This document shows, piece by piece, positions 25,054-36,236 of a DNA stretch of 64,000 bases (within the stretch, counting starts at the first letter, position 1; each line of letters starts with the position of its first letter). Below the pieces are notes generated by a model. It was not told where the DNA came from, did not search any database, and saw only the letters and a list, made by a program, of their open reading frames with translations. The position numbers and the translations under genes were made by a program. Source of the DNA: Neophaeotheca triangularis (lineage: Eukaryota); assembly GCA_054600435.1 (NCBI GenBank), contig BAAIJX010000006.1, forward strand, positions 496,001-560,000. The letters run 5' to 3'.

Positions 25054-28000
25054 TAAGTTATCTAAGCAATTATGTGGTGTTTACTAGGCACCTCTGATAT
25101 TGCCAAGCGACATGGGTTTACCTACTATGGGCCATACCCGACCCCTCCGACACCTCCGACTTTGCCAAGGAGACTGGATATCCAGAGTGGCGCACACCCC
25201 CTATTATTACCTATTTCTCGACTGAAGCCTCTGTGGGGCTGTCATTGGCTGGTGGGGGTATGCACAGCCAGCGACACTTGCGTACACCGTCGGCGACATT
25301 GACTCATGGGTATCTACTATGTACTATCTAGGCACCTATGGCTGGCAGCAGCAACAAGCAACAAGCAGCGAGAAGACGGGAGGCGTCACAACATGCTGCC
25401 GTTGCTCAACCTTGGAACACCTAGCATTGCAGCGAATCACCGTCTTGATTGTCGCAGTCGCTCTTCGTTTGGGTAGCGAATCGGCACTTGGACATGTTGC
25501 ACTCTACCGGGCGCGCAAGCTCAAGAGCCAAGATCTGGGTAATAAGTAGTACTGCCAGTCTGCCTGTCGCATGATGCTGAGGCAAAGGAGACATGTGACA
25601 CGTGAGTGTGACATGTCACATGCGACGTGCGACATGATCAATTCGAGACCTTTTGGCTGGAAGCGAGCTCTTCGTGCCGCCGCGCATCGCATCAGGTAAC
25701 CATCAGACACCGACGTCCTCCGTAATCTTCAGACCTACATCCAGGCGGCCTCGCGCATTCCACCACTGCAGCTTCATCTAAGTGAGTGCGAGCGCGCGGC
25801 AGACGTGGCCAGACGACGTCCAGTTAGAGTTTGCCTTCCCTGTTTGCCCAAAAAAAAAAAGGAAAAAAAAGAAAAAGATAAACGGCAGGCCCTTTGACAG
25901 CTGATGATGGGCCGTTGCGATGCGCTGGCATGATTCGTCTCGTCTACAACGTCTTCGCAGGTGCCGACCCCTCCCAATCGACTACATGATCCTTGTAGCA
26001 GCTCATCCTGGCACATCAACTATCAGCACGTGGCCACCTTGTCCCGGTTTTCCACCTCGCACCCTGCAGATGCGCTCGGCGCACTGCGAATTATTGGACA
26101 GGCCGGGCGTATCGGCGTTTTGGAGACGGCCTGCACTCCATCTAACTTGCCCATCCATCTTCTCGACAGGTCGGGCGCCGGTATTCACGCAAAACTTTTC
26201 CCGACAGCCTGCTTCCTAGCCATATGCCTAGGCTCAAGCTGCCCATCTAGGCGGCGCATGCTCATAAGAGTGATGATGTGACCCGAACGAGCACTGGGAT
26301 TTTCTTACCCAGTCTGACCTAGTCACTACTAGGTTCACTACTGCTTTCCGGGTGCAACAACAACAATCCGCCCGAGTCTGGATGTTGTCGATCCTCCATC
26401 TGTACAGGTAATCTTACGGCTCCATTATCGGCATCGAATCTGAAACCACCACTCAAGCAAGCCCTTCTCCGTGAGCGGTGAGGGCTTCGACCACACAGAT
26501 ATTGCCAGATGCACGGAAGCACACCTCAGCTTGTTCGGCCATCTTTATTTGCTGGACGTAACAATAATGATAATAATTTAAAAGAGCCTCGTTGCCAACG
26601 GCCTTGCATGCGATTTTGGAGCTAGTCTCGGAGTTTCAGCTCAAACGGCCAGTGGCACACGTCTCACTCTCAACACCACTACTTGTTAGAATGTGCCTTG
26701 ATTCGCGTACTCGTCCCGCATCGCAAAAGTTGCTGTAAGGTACTCAGGCCCAAGTAAACCGTAAACGCAAGGCTATAGTGGAAACCGTTAAGAGGTGAAA
26801 ACCACGGCAAACGCGCGCTAGCAGTGGCTTCGTCAGTCAGGAAAGCACTCGTTAGTAGAGTAGAGCTCTAGCTTGGTCGTAGTTAGATGGCAGTGCCGTC
26901 TAATTGCAATGAATAATAACAATCGCATGCCTATCCTTCTTGGGGTTGCGCGGGCTGCCAAAATCCACAGACTATGTGTACTTGTTTCTTGTGAGCAATT
27001 ACCGACGCCGATCACCCTTCCACCTACTAGCCAGCGGTCTTATGAGGTCACAGCGTCAGCGAAGGCGATTTGTCTAGGTAGGCCAAAGTCGGCGACCTTG
27101 CTCGTTATAGCGACGGGAACGCTATCGCAGAAGCCATCATTATTGCATGGAAACAACAGCCTAGGGAGGGGCAAACCGCAACTAAGTCTATACTAGAAAC
27201 GGCAGCAAGCGAACTACCTTCCACGATCGACGGTTGCCCTAGCTAGCTCAATCAAATCCCCTAGAAAGAATTAACACATCGGCCAAGAGGCCGGACGGAC
27301 CGTTCTCAATCACAAACGTTGCGGCAGGTAGTAAGCCATCAAGGACAGGCGTGAGAAGCAACCGGGCTGAAAAGCCATCGAGCACGAAGCTTTCCAACGG
27401 CTTTCCCTCACTCTGTCGTATTTCCCCCCCCCCCCTTTCAATCACACCGGCTGCAAGGCGCCCTCCGCCCTAGTGCAGCAACTCAAGAGCATCAACCGCC
27501 TCCCCCCTTCTCAATCACCACAACCTCTCTTTGCCGCAAACACTGCCGCTTTGCCGCCATACTCGCGAAATGGATGGGCGAGTGGCGCGTCGACGAACTG
27601 GCTGATCTAAGCGACTCTCTGCTATCTTGCGACCCCGTTGCTTATGTGTCAGCCTAGCATAGCGGCAGCATCTAAGTTACCTGCGGTTGGTGTCGGCACG
27701 AACATGAATGAGCTCCGACGTCCTTTGGTGGACTACGATAACCCGGGAAGTTCAAAAAAGAAACAAAGAAACAAAGAAAAAGAAAAAAAAGGACAAGACT
27801 TTATCGATGACACCGCTTGCTCCTGAGAGCAGAGCCATGACGGGGGCGGCAAGGCAGAGCGTACTGTACCTGCCGCAAGGCTCGGACGTCTTGTATACTT
27901 GGAACGTAGCCAGTCACTACGGCCAGAGCTCTCACGACAGTGCCTCGCGACAGCATCCAAACGGGGAAAGTCTTTCCAGCGCTCTGTCAGGGTGGCCGGC

Positions 28001-29244
28001 CACCATCTCCCGGAGTCTCAACGTGACGGAACCTCTCCCTTTGCCCCGCGCAAACGGCGTGCGGGAACGGCCACAGCGGCACCAGAGCGCAGTGCGAGGA
28101 CAAGGGGTCGAAGCCTGCTGGACGCCGTGAGCCGATGCCAGGACTTGCGCTGCGACGGTGCAGGGATTGTCGACCCTAGCTGCGCAGATATTGCACGCGG
28201 TGTACACTTTGAACTCGGGGTTGTTTGCGGACGCAGAAACCCCGATACCTCCCTTACCTTCCCGGCATGAGCAAGTCTTTTAGACTCCTGCTCCGCCCCG
28301 ATGCGACGATGCCTTCTTCCAGTCTAGCCACCACGGAAAGCCTGCGAGAATAGCAATAGTACCCATGCGACTCTCAGGGCCGAGGCGGCGAGGAGGACAG
28401 CTCATAATCGTAGCAGCGAGGTCCCCCAGAGTCCATGGTGTTTCATTTCCCCCCTTGGCAGTCTGCTTGGCACGGATGTTACACACCTGGCGAGATGCTT
28501 ACTCGATCCTAGCTGCAGCTCCAGCTTCTGGGCAATCCTGTCAACTACCTACTCCCCGTCGACGCTCGAGCGGAGCTTCGAGACCGGTAACTACCAGCTG
28601 CAGCAAGGGCACGTGGTTGACCGGCAGGGCGCGGGGTTGCGGGTAGGGTAGGGTAGGGAGGGGAGGTTCGGATGCGCATTCGGACTATTTTGGTCGAAGA
28701 GACAGGACGACCGTTGCAGAATCGCGACCAACCAGATCGCCCGGAAACGGCGAAGTTGGGGGCTTGTTGTTGGCGAAACGAGCCGTAGTGGCTGTGTGGA
28801 TGCTGCGTTCCGAATCGTTGTCTTTGCCCTAGGCTCTCTGCTATGGCGCGTCGGCGCCAATGAGACTGGTTCAAGACCTTGATGTGATAGTGGTTGCAGC
28901 TCTCGATTTTGACCGCTGCTTCAGTTTCGACGTTGCCGCGAGCTTCGACTTCCTCTGCTTGATTGTTCGTGGACGGTTGTTTTCGCCAGCTTCCTTCAAG
29001 GCTTGGTAGGCTGTCATAGATCGTCGGCGACGGTGGGAGCTCGTCTCGATTCTTCCGATTCAAAGTATTGCCTCAACGACGACAGGCAATGAAATGCAGA
29101 GGAACCTCTGAACCGGACCCTTCGTCAGGGGCGAGAGCCGACGTTCAAACGCCTGCCGTCGCCGAGTGTCCCCCGCCTGAGCAAGACCAAAACCCATCAA
29201 TCAAGACACCGTCAATCTAGGCAAGACACAGTGCCATAGCAAAT

Positions 29245-31268
29245 CTACCTCGAAGCCCCCGCGCCAAGCGACCCCCCCTCAGCAACCCTCGTCCCAAACC
29301 GGCTCGCCCCATCCTTACCACCCTCCCTAGCCTCCGCCTCCTCCTCCACAGCCTCTGCGAAAGAGTGTCTCAGCCCATTCGCCCTCCGTAATTTGGGGAA
29401 GGTGTCTCTCGTGGCCCCGGAGATGATGCGGTCCTCGAACAACAGGTGAATCTTCTCCAAATTCACTTGCGAGGTTTCCGGAACGAAGAAGACGGTGAAG
29501 ATGACCATCAAAATGCAGCAGGCGCCGAAGAGGAGGAAAGTGCCGTAGGTGATGCCGTTGAGCATTAGGGGGGTGAGTTTGGCTATCACGAAGTCTGGGG
29601 GTGGGTGGATTGGTGAGTTGACTGTCCTTGCGTTTTCTTGGCTGCACGTGGATGTGCTGGGGGTGTTGATGACTTACTGAAGAGCCATTGTGTCATGAGC
29701 GCGCTGGCCATGATGAAGGAGCGGACCTGGTTGGGCTTCAATTATGTCAGTACTTTGCCAGGGCCACGACTGCTGATGTAGAGGCTCGACTTACCGCGCA
29801 CTCAGCGCTCAAGATGAATGGGATGGGTCCCCAGCCAAACGAGTAGAAGACTACAAACAAGTAGACGCAGATGATTGCGAAGATCGAGTTCCCGTCAAGC
29901 GACTGCCCAGGCTGGGTTGGGTTGACGGCTTGATTGATGCCAATGTAGAACATGGCGAACGCCTGACCCAGGCCACCGATGATCTGAGGGAAAAATGTGA
30001 GTCACTTGCAACTTGTGTGGTGGACAAAGTGCGAAGAACTCACCAAGGACCACTTCCTGCCTAGCTGCTCAGTTGCGAAAAGCAGGCCGAGAGAAGTCAC
30101 AATAACTTTGACGACGCCGTAGATACCTGTTGCGAAGAGGCCAGTTTCTTGTCCGGTCAAACCAACCGATCTAAAGATTTGCGGAGAATAGTAATTTAAA
30201 GAATTTGTCCCTGTCCACTTTGGGACGATTAGCACAGAATAACATAAAGGAACACCTCACAACGATGCGTCAACCACATACCTGCTGCCAAAACATCAAC
30301 ATCACAGCTAAACTCGTCGTGTACTTGGCATACGAGCAAGCCCACCGCATCTGAGCCCACAACGACATTTTCTCGCGACCATTGAAGTCATCGACAATCT
30401 CGTCTAATTCCCTTAAGACAGTTTCATCATCGATAGCACGAGCACGCACATGCGCGAGAGCGTGTCGAGCGTCCTGGGGACGGTTCTTCTCGACCAGCCA
30501 CCGAGGTGACTCGTTCTGGAAGAGCAGTCCAGCGAGCAGCAGAGCCCCGGGCAGCATCTGCAGGGCAAAGGGTATCCTCCATTGAGCAGGATTGTTGTCG
30601 GAAATAGATTGGCTAACGCCGTAGTTGACAAAGTAGCTTAGCATGATACCCGTTACGCTTTTGGTTGTGTTAGTCCGTCACCGAGCCCGTTGACATTGGG
30701 ATAGAATCTCACTTGAAAAGCTGCATGCAACCAATACACCTCCCTCTAATCTCCTTATCCGCATTCTCACCAATATACGTCGGTACCACTGCGCTGATGA
30801 GCCCCACGCCGAAACCGCCAATCACTCTCCCAGCGTAGAGCTGACCTAGACTCCGCGTGCCGATGGCGCAAGTAGTCTGCACGATACTGCCGAGCAGGAA
30901 GATGAGGTCGGCGACGATGAGAGACCATTTGCGGCCGAGAGTGTCACTGAGGTAGAAACTTGAGGCGGCGCCGAAGAAACAGCCGGCCTGCAGCACGCTG
31001 ACGATGTTGCCGCTGAGGTTGGCGTAGGCGTCCGAGTCGGCGTCGAGACCGAAACTGTCTTGGAAGGACTTCATCGTTAGGACGCCGCCTGCTTTGTGTT
31101 AGCTCTCCTTTTTGCTTAGACAGTCTTAAAGGTGTATGGAGATGGTTTACCGATCAGACCGGTGTCCCAGCCGAAGAGCATTCCGCCAAAGGAAGCCACT
31201 GCCGTGAGAAAGTAGGCTCGGCGGTACTTGACAAAGTCCTGCCAGATCGTGTTTGATTTAATCGCCAT
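29245..31268 (-). CDS. MFS sugar-porter family transporter, quinate permease-like; 7 exons (alternative in-frame start at 31385)
   Basis: Motifs FGGMLFGWDTG, LQAGCFFGA, LGRKWSL, GRVIGGFGVG, ESPRWL, QQWTGTNSLNYYSPQIF, GWGPIP and FFVPET. Six introns join the ORF-track fragments. Confidence 0.93.
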
Positions 31269-31884
31269 TAATGGTGGATGATTCGTCGAGGAACGGCTGG
31301 TTTCGCTTTCAAGGTCTTCGTCCTCCCCAGGCACTGGACGGTACAGAGCCCTGATTGTTGGACTCGACCGGCGTTGTGTAGTCATGACCTAAGCAGGGTA
31401 AAGATGATAAGTTATAAGCTACGTTAACCTTTCATCTCCCGCCTGCTTAAGAAGGTAAACGTCAAGGTAAATCGTCAACACTGCGTTATGCCCAATGGGA
31501 ATATCAATCAAGTTTGGATGACATGAAGTTGATCGTCTTGGCGCTTTTCGGAAAGTCTACGTAAGGTACTGTACTCGTACAGTACCTATGCGAAGTGGTG
31601 GAATTTGGAAGCGTTCCCCAGCAGGTCGCCCAGGAACTTCCCACCCTTCCCCACAATAATATTAATGATGGAGATGTGGTTGCCGCACGGATCCTCGGTG
31701 TCTGCTGCCATACCCCTCGCATAACATCAAAAGCCGCCTTTCATACAGATTGTCGAGCGGTGATAAAGAGCCGTCAAGCAAACTTGAAAGTATCCATAGG
31801 TATGATATGCAACTGCTACACCGTGGACGGGAATCGACTATACCCCAAACACCCCCTCAATCAAGCGTTCTCGCCAACGGTCAA

Positions 31885-33079
31885 TCAAAGCCGACTCTGC
31901 CCAGGCATTGCAACCCTGACAACAAAGTCAGCCTACACTCTCTCGGGGTTTTGAATGTCGAATATCGCGCCTACCCTTTCTGTTCCGGAATACCAGTAAC
32001 CAGACCTTTTCCCTCAGCAGCACTCCGCACATTCTCCAACACAAGCAACTCCATGTCCTTCTGACTTTCCCACGTCGCGGTCCCAATGTGCGGCAAGAGC
32101 ACCACATTCTCGTTCTCTAGCAGACCCGGGTGGATCTTCGGTTCCTCCTCGTAGACATCAAGGCCGGCTGAATAGACCTTTCCGCTTTCGAGAGCCTCGA
32201 CGAGAGCTGCTTCGTCCATAATGGGTCCGCGAGCCGTGTTGACAATCACCACGCCCTTCTTCATCATCTCGAACTGGGGTTTCGCGATCGTATGTCTCGT
32301 CGATGCATTGAGAGCCAGGTTCAAGCTAATGACGTCCGAGGTCTTGAGTAGCTCCTCAAACGACACGTACTTTGCACCTTGCGACTTGTCCGCGGGCAGA
32401 GGGTTGCGGTTGTGGTATTGTATGGACATGCCGAATCCTCGTGCTCTTTGTGCGACCGCTTGTCCGATGCCGCCCATGCCTAGTATTCCCAGCGTTTTTC
32501 CTTTCGGGTCGTGCCCAAGTCCAAAGTTTCTACCGCGCCATTGGCCGTTGCGTACGTTGGTGAAGGGTATTGTGATTCTGCGTAAGGCGCCGAGCATGAG
32601 GAAGATGGCAGCTAGTGTGCCGTCAGCAGCTGTACATGGACTGGGGCTCTATTGGTCTTACTGTCTGCAGTTGCATCATTCACTGCTATCGGGGTACTAC
32701 TAATCTGTATGCCTCGTTCTGTACATGCAGACACGTCGATGTTGTCGTAGCCGGCACCATTGTGGGCTATGAACTTCAAGCTCTTCGGAAGGGCTGAGAC
32801 CATCTCTTTGTCGAAGGGTCCAGAGACCTTGACAGACTCGTTCGATCGATAGATGACGGCAACATCGTCATACTCGCCCGCCTTGAGCTTCGAAAGCAAG
32901 TCACTCCTTGATCCTTTCCTGTACTCCTGTTACGATGTTAGTAACGAGCCCTAGCATGATTGTTAGAGAGCAGGCTATTGGTAACATACTTTGAGAGTAA
33001 GTACTGAGCTCAGCTCCTTCCATTCTGGATTGGCGTGAGTGATATGGCCAATGAGTAAAGCAGCTCTTGCAGGCGACAT
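31885..33079 (-). CDS. D-isomer-specific 2-hydroxyacid dehydrogenase (glyoxylate/hydroxypyruvate reductase, D-mandelate dehydrogenase-like); introns 32989-32927, 32661-32612 and optional 31974-31916
   Basis: GAGYDNID, Rossmann motif GILGMGGIG, VNTARG (Arg), LDVYEEEP (Glu) and LLPHIG (His). The unspliced form stops at 31971 (...EQKG*); the spliced form stops at 31885 (...GQSRL*). Confidence 0.93.
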
Positions 33080-33201
33080 GATAGCGAAGATGTTTTGTTC
33101 CGGGGTCAATAGTGTCAAAAGGCTGCGAGTTATCAAACGAGGAACTCCTCTTTCGGCGAGTGGGAGAACTGCGCAAGCTTTCGGCTTCGGTCGAGCAATT
33201 G

Positions 33202-33214
33202 CCGGCATAGACCG
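33202..33214 (+). promoter_or_regulatory. CCG-N7-CCG direct repeat, a candidate Aro80-type Zn2Cys6 binding site upstream of the dehydrogenase
   Basis: ttgCCGgcatagaCCG, with further CGG triplets at 33182-33190. The spacing matches the known yeast Aro80 element, but there is only one copy. Confidence 0.35.
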
Positions 33215-33244
33215 ACTGGCTGTGGTTGGTGGAGTTTTGAGCAA

Positions 33245-35799
33245 TCATTGCATTCCCAGGTTCCATTCATCTACGCCGGCGAGTCCGTCGAAGAGGAAGT
33301 TGTTGCTATCAGCAGGGAGAAAGCCGGACCACCACTCGGCATCATTCACCGCGCCCGCGTTCCCATTGACGGCAAAATTACCAATGGCATCGAGATCGGT
33401 CCAGGAGAAGTCGCCCATCATCTCCGTAACGGCAGGGCTATCGTGGGTCAAGGTCGATCCGTTCGAGCCATTTGTAGCAGGGCCAGAAGGTCCGGCCATG
33501 CTCCCGGGTCTGTAAGGATTGGTGAGTGTAGCGGTGCTTCTTGCTTCTCGCTGGTTTTTGCGCTCAACTTTGTCCCAGAGGAGGCGCAAGAGCTGCGAGT
33601 ATCGATTGCCAGGATGTTGTGAGCCAATGCCTGAGCGTTCGAGACGGTTGACAGTTTCCTGAACCATAGCGCGCACTGAAGCCTCTTCGTCGGCAGAGAG
33701 GACACCCACACAGCGCGCTCGGTACAGGAAAACGCCCGAATAAATCGAGTAAAGGTAAAAGCGTAGCGGCATGAAGCGGAGAGATTTTTCGGGGTCAACA
33801 AAGGTATTGACCATGCTGAGTAGGCTTTTCGCGGCGTCGAGACCTTCGTAGATAAAGCGCGCATCGCCGACCGCACCTACGTTGTTGTAAAATACGCGAC
33901 TAGGCGCAGGGTTGTTGGAAAGCTTGGTTTCGGATTGTGCCTGGTTTTGCGGCATCGCGCGTTTGACTGTCGCATGGAACGCGAAAGCGTTGGTGTAGAG
34001 TCTCAGGTAATCGTAAGACATGAGGAGGGTAGCTTTGAGGTTCGGTGAGCAGGTCAAAGTACCCCAAACGCTCTTCCAGCCATAGATCGCACTGCGAAAA
34101 TCATCAATGTACTTAATGTAGCCTCCGCTCAGGTGGCTACGCATGCTGTTCCCGGGGTTGGAGTATAGAACGTCATGGACGTTCGAAAACAGTAGGGTAA
34201 GCTCGAGCGTAGCCTGAAAGATGGACGAAAAATCCTCATCGCCAGGTCCCTGCGGTTGCAGCATGGGGAAATCCTCCTTTCGCAACGTCGTCAGCGGTCC
34301 AGGACCTCTGCTCCAGAAAGCCCTACCCAGTCGGATGCTGATTTGACGGTCGCTGATGTAGCAGGCAGTCCATACTAAGCGCTTGCGCTGCCATTGCGGA
34401 TCCTTGACGTCGTCGCCTCGCACGTGAAAAGAGTACTTGTCGAGGCCCAGAAAATATCCAACACGCAAAGCCGTACCGACGTGCATCCACGCTTCGCGAT
34501 CCTCTTCACCTCGCCCTACATGCCCGGCGTCAGACCGTGCTGTGTAGGGAGTCCATTCGGCGAGAAGTAGCAAAGCTTCCACCGCCTCCACATTCCCGGG
34601 TCCACCAGCTGCTAGAGACGAGACCAGAGACCGCATGTGGTTCGTACAGCATGCAAAAGTGTTTGGCTCGTCGATCAAATCGCGAGCTGCAATCACGAGG
34701 ATAGCAGTTAGCAGGTGCTGCTCTTCCCGTGCAGTCCTCGACAGATTCGCAGCGTCCAAGGTGGCATTCGGTACAATCGGAAAGTACGGATGGTAATAGT
34801 GCTTGTATCGTTGGAGCAACTGTATAGTCTTTGAGAGCGTGAGGTAACCCTCCCTGACGAGCTTGTAATCCAGCATAGTCTGACCGCCAAACGTGTTCAA
34901 GCTACGCGAGCCGCCGTTGGAACTGTTGTGATACGGGGTAGCATTCTCGCCATGGCTAGCGATCTGGGCTAGAATACCCAAGGCGTCGCTGGGGTTTTGC
35001 AGCTCGTTGAATGCGATGTTCCCCGAGCTCGTCGAGGAGTCTCGAAGGCGCGCACTGTGGTCTACCATTTGTAGAGCGGGATCTATGGCCATGCCAGGAC
35101 TCGGCGAGATGTTGAGATTGTTTCCAAAACCCAGGCCATCACCATGGTTCATAGGAGCACCACCACCTTCTGCCTCAGAGACGAAATGGGAGAACGACGG
35201 AGCCTCACTGACACCGAAGCCGGTTTGCTGAGACTCGTCAGAATCAGTTTACATGATTTCAACGCGAGGGAACATACTCCTGTATCATAGCTTGGCTCGC
35301 TGACTGGCAAACCACGTCCCCGGGGTTCTTCTTGCGACTCCGGGACCTGATCAGCAGTCTCGTCCACCGTCTTACGCCTGACTCTGCGCCCGCCCCGATT
35401 GCTGCCGCCGATGATGCACTCTTTGCCAGTGGCTTTGCATCGTTTGCAGGGCGGCGCCACAACGCCATTCACTGTAGGCCTGGGCCATAGTTAGCAGGAC
35501 GATCTGTCGGTTATTGAGCGCAACTCCCCGAGGCAGGTCGGTGATGGGGCGAAGCCAAGGAAGCGGCCTTTTTGGTGTTGTATCGGCGGATGATGGTAAC
35601 GTTGACGAATGCAAGGATAATAAGTGAGTAGGTGGGAGAAAGCGTCTTACAATTGGCAGGCCGACTTCCTGCTCCGACAAGTCAAACAGGCTCTGCTGGT
35701 TCTTTTCCCGCCGCTGCTTTCGCGTTTGTCGCCGGCTTTCTTGCCTGAGCTGTCGGGTTCTGGTGAGCCGTCGTCGATTGAACCACCGTCAGATGACAT
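33245..35799 (-). CDS. Zn(II)2Cys6 transcription factor, Aro80-related; introns 35650-35480 and 35277-35228
   Basis: Spliced zinc cluster RACLTCRSRKSACQLPTVNGVVAPPCKRCKATGKEC. Fungal TF middle-homology region EALLLLAEW...AWMHVGTALRVGYFLGL...WTACYISDRQISIRLG. Confidence 0.93.
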
Positions 35800-36236
35800 G
35801 ATTGCGTTTGGCGATTCGCTTTCTGGCGCAAGCGCGAGTCAATAATGCAAGCACAGTAGGTACTATTGACGAGGCGACCGACCCTTTCCTCGGCAAGTGG
35901 TGCGTCGTGCAGCGTGCTACGGCGATAAGTAGGTGTTGCTTTGCTTTGGTTTGCGCCCGCTCCTCGCGATGGAAGTCGCGGCGGGGAATGAAAACGCCGA
36001 GATTTACGCTGGGGATTGCTGGGTGGTCGGTGGTGGCCCTGGTGGGGTCCACAGGAGCGTCTCGTCAAGTTTGAACGTCTGCCAGTGTATAAAGGCAGTT
36101 TCTAGCACTACTAGCAGCAGTATATATGTATACACGGCTCAGGACTCTGATAATTCCAGACCTACTCAACATAAGACGTCACACCAAGTCCCCGTCGATC
36201 GCGCATTGTACACTCACACATATCTATCTACTCTCC

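Noticed and set aside
26270..26317. Box C/D snoRNA (GTGATGA ... CTGA with internal hairpin)
   Set aside because: Only ~48 nt, with no terminal stem or recognisable rRNA guide.
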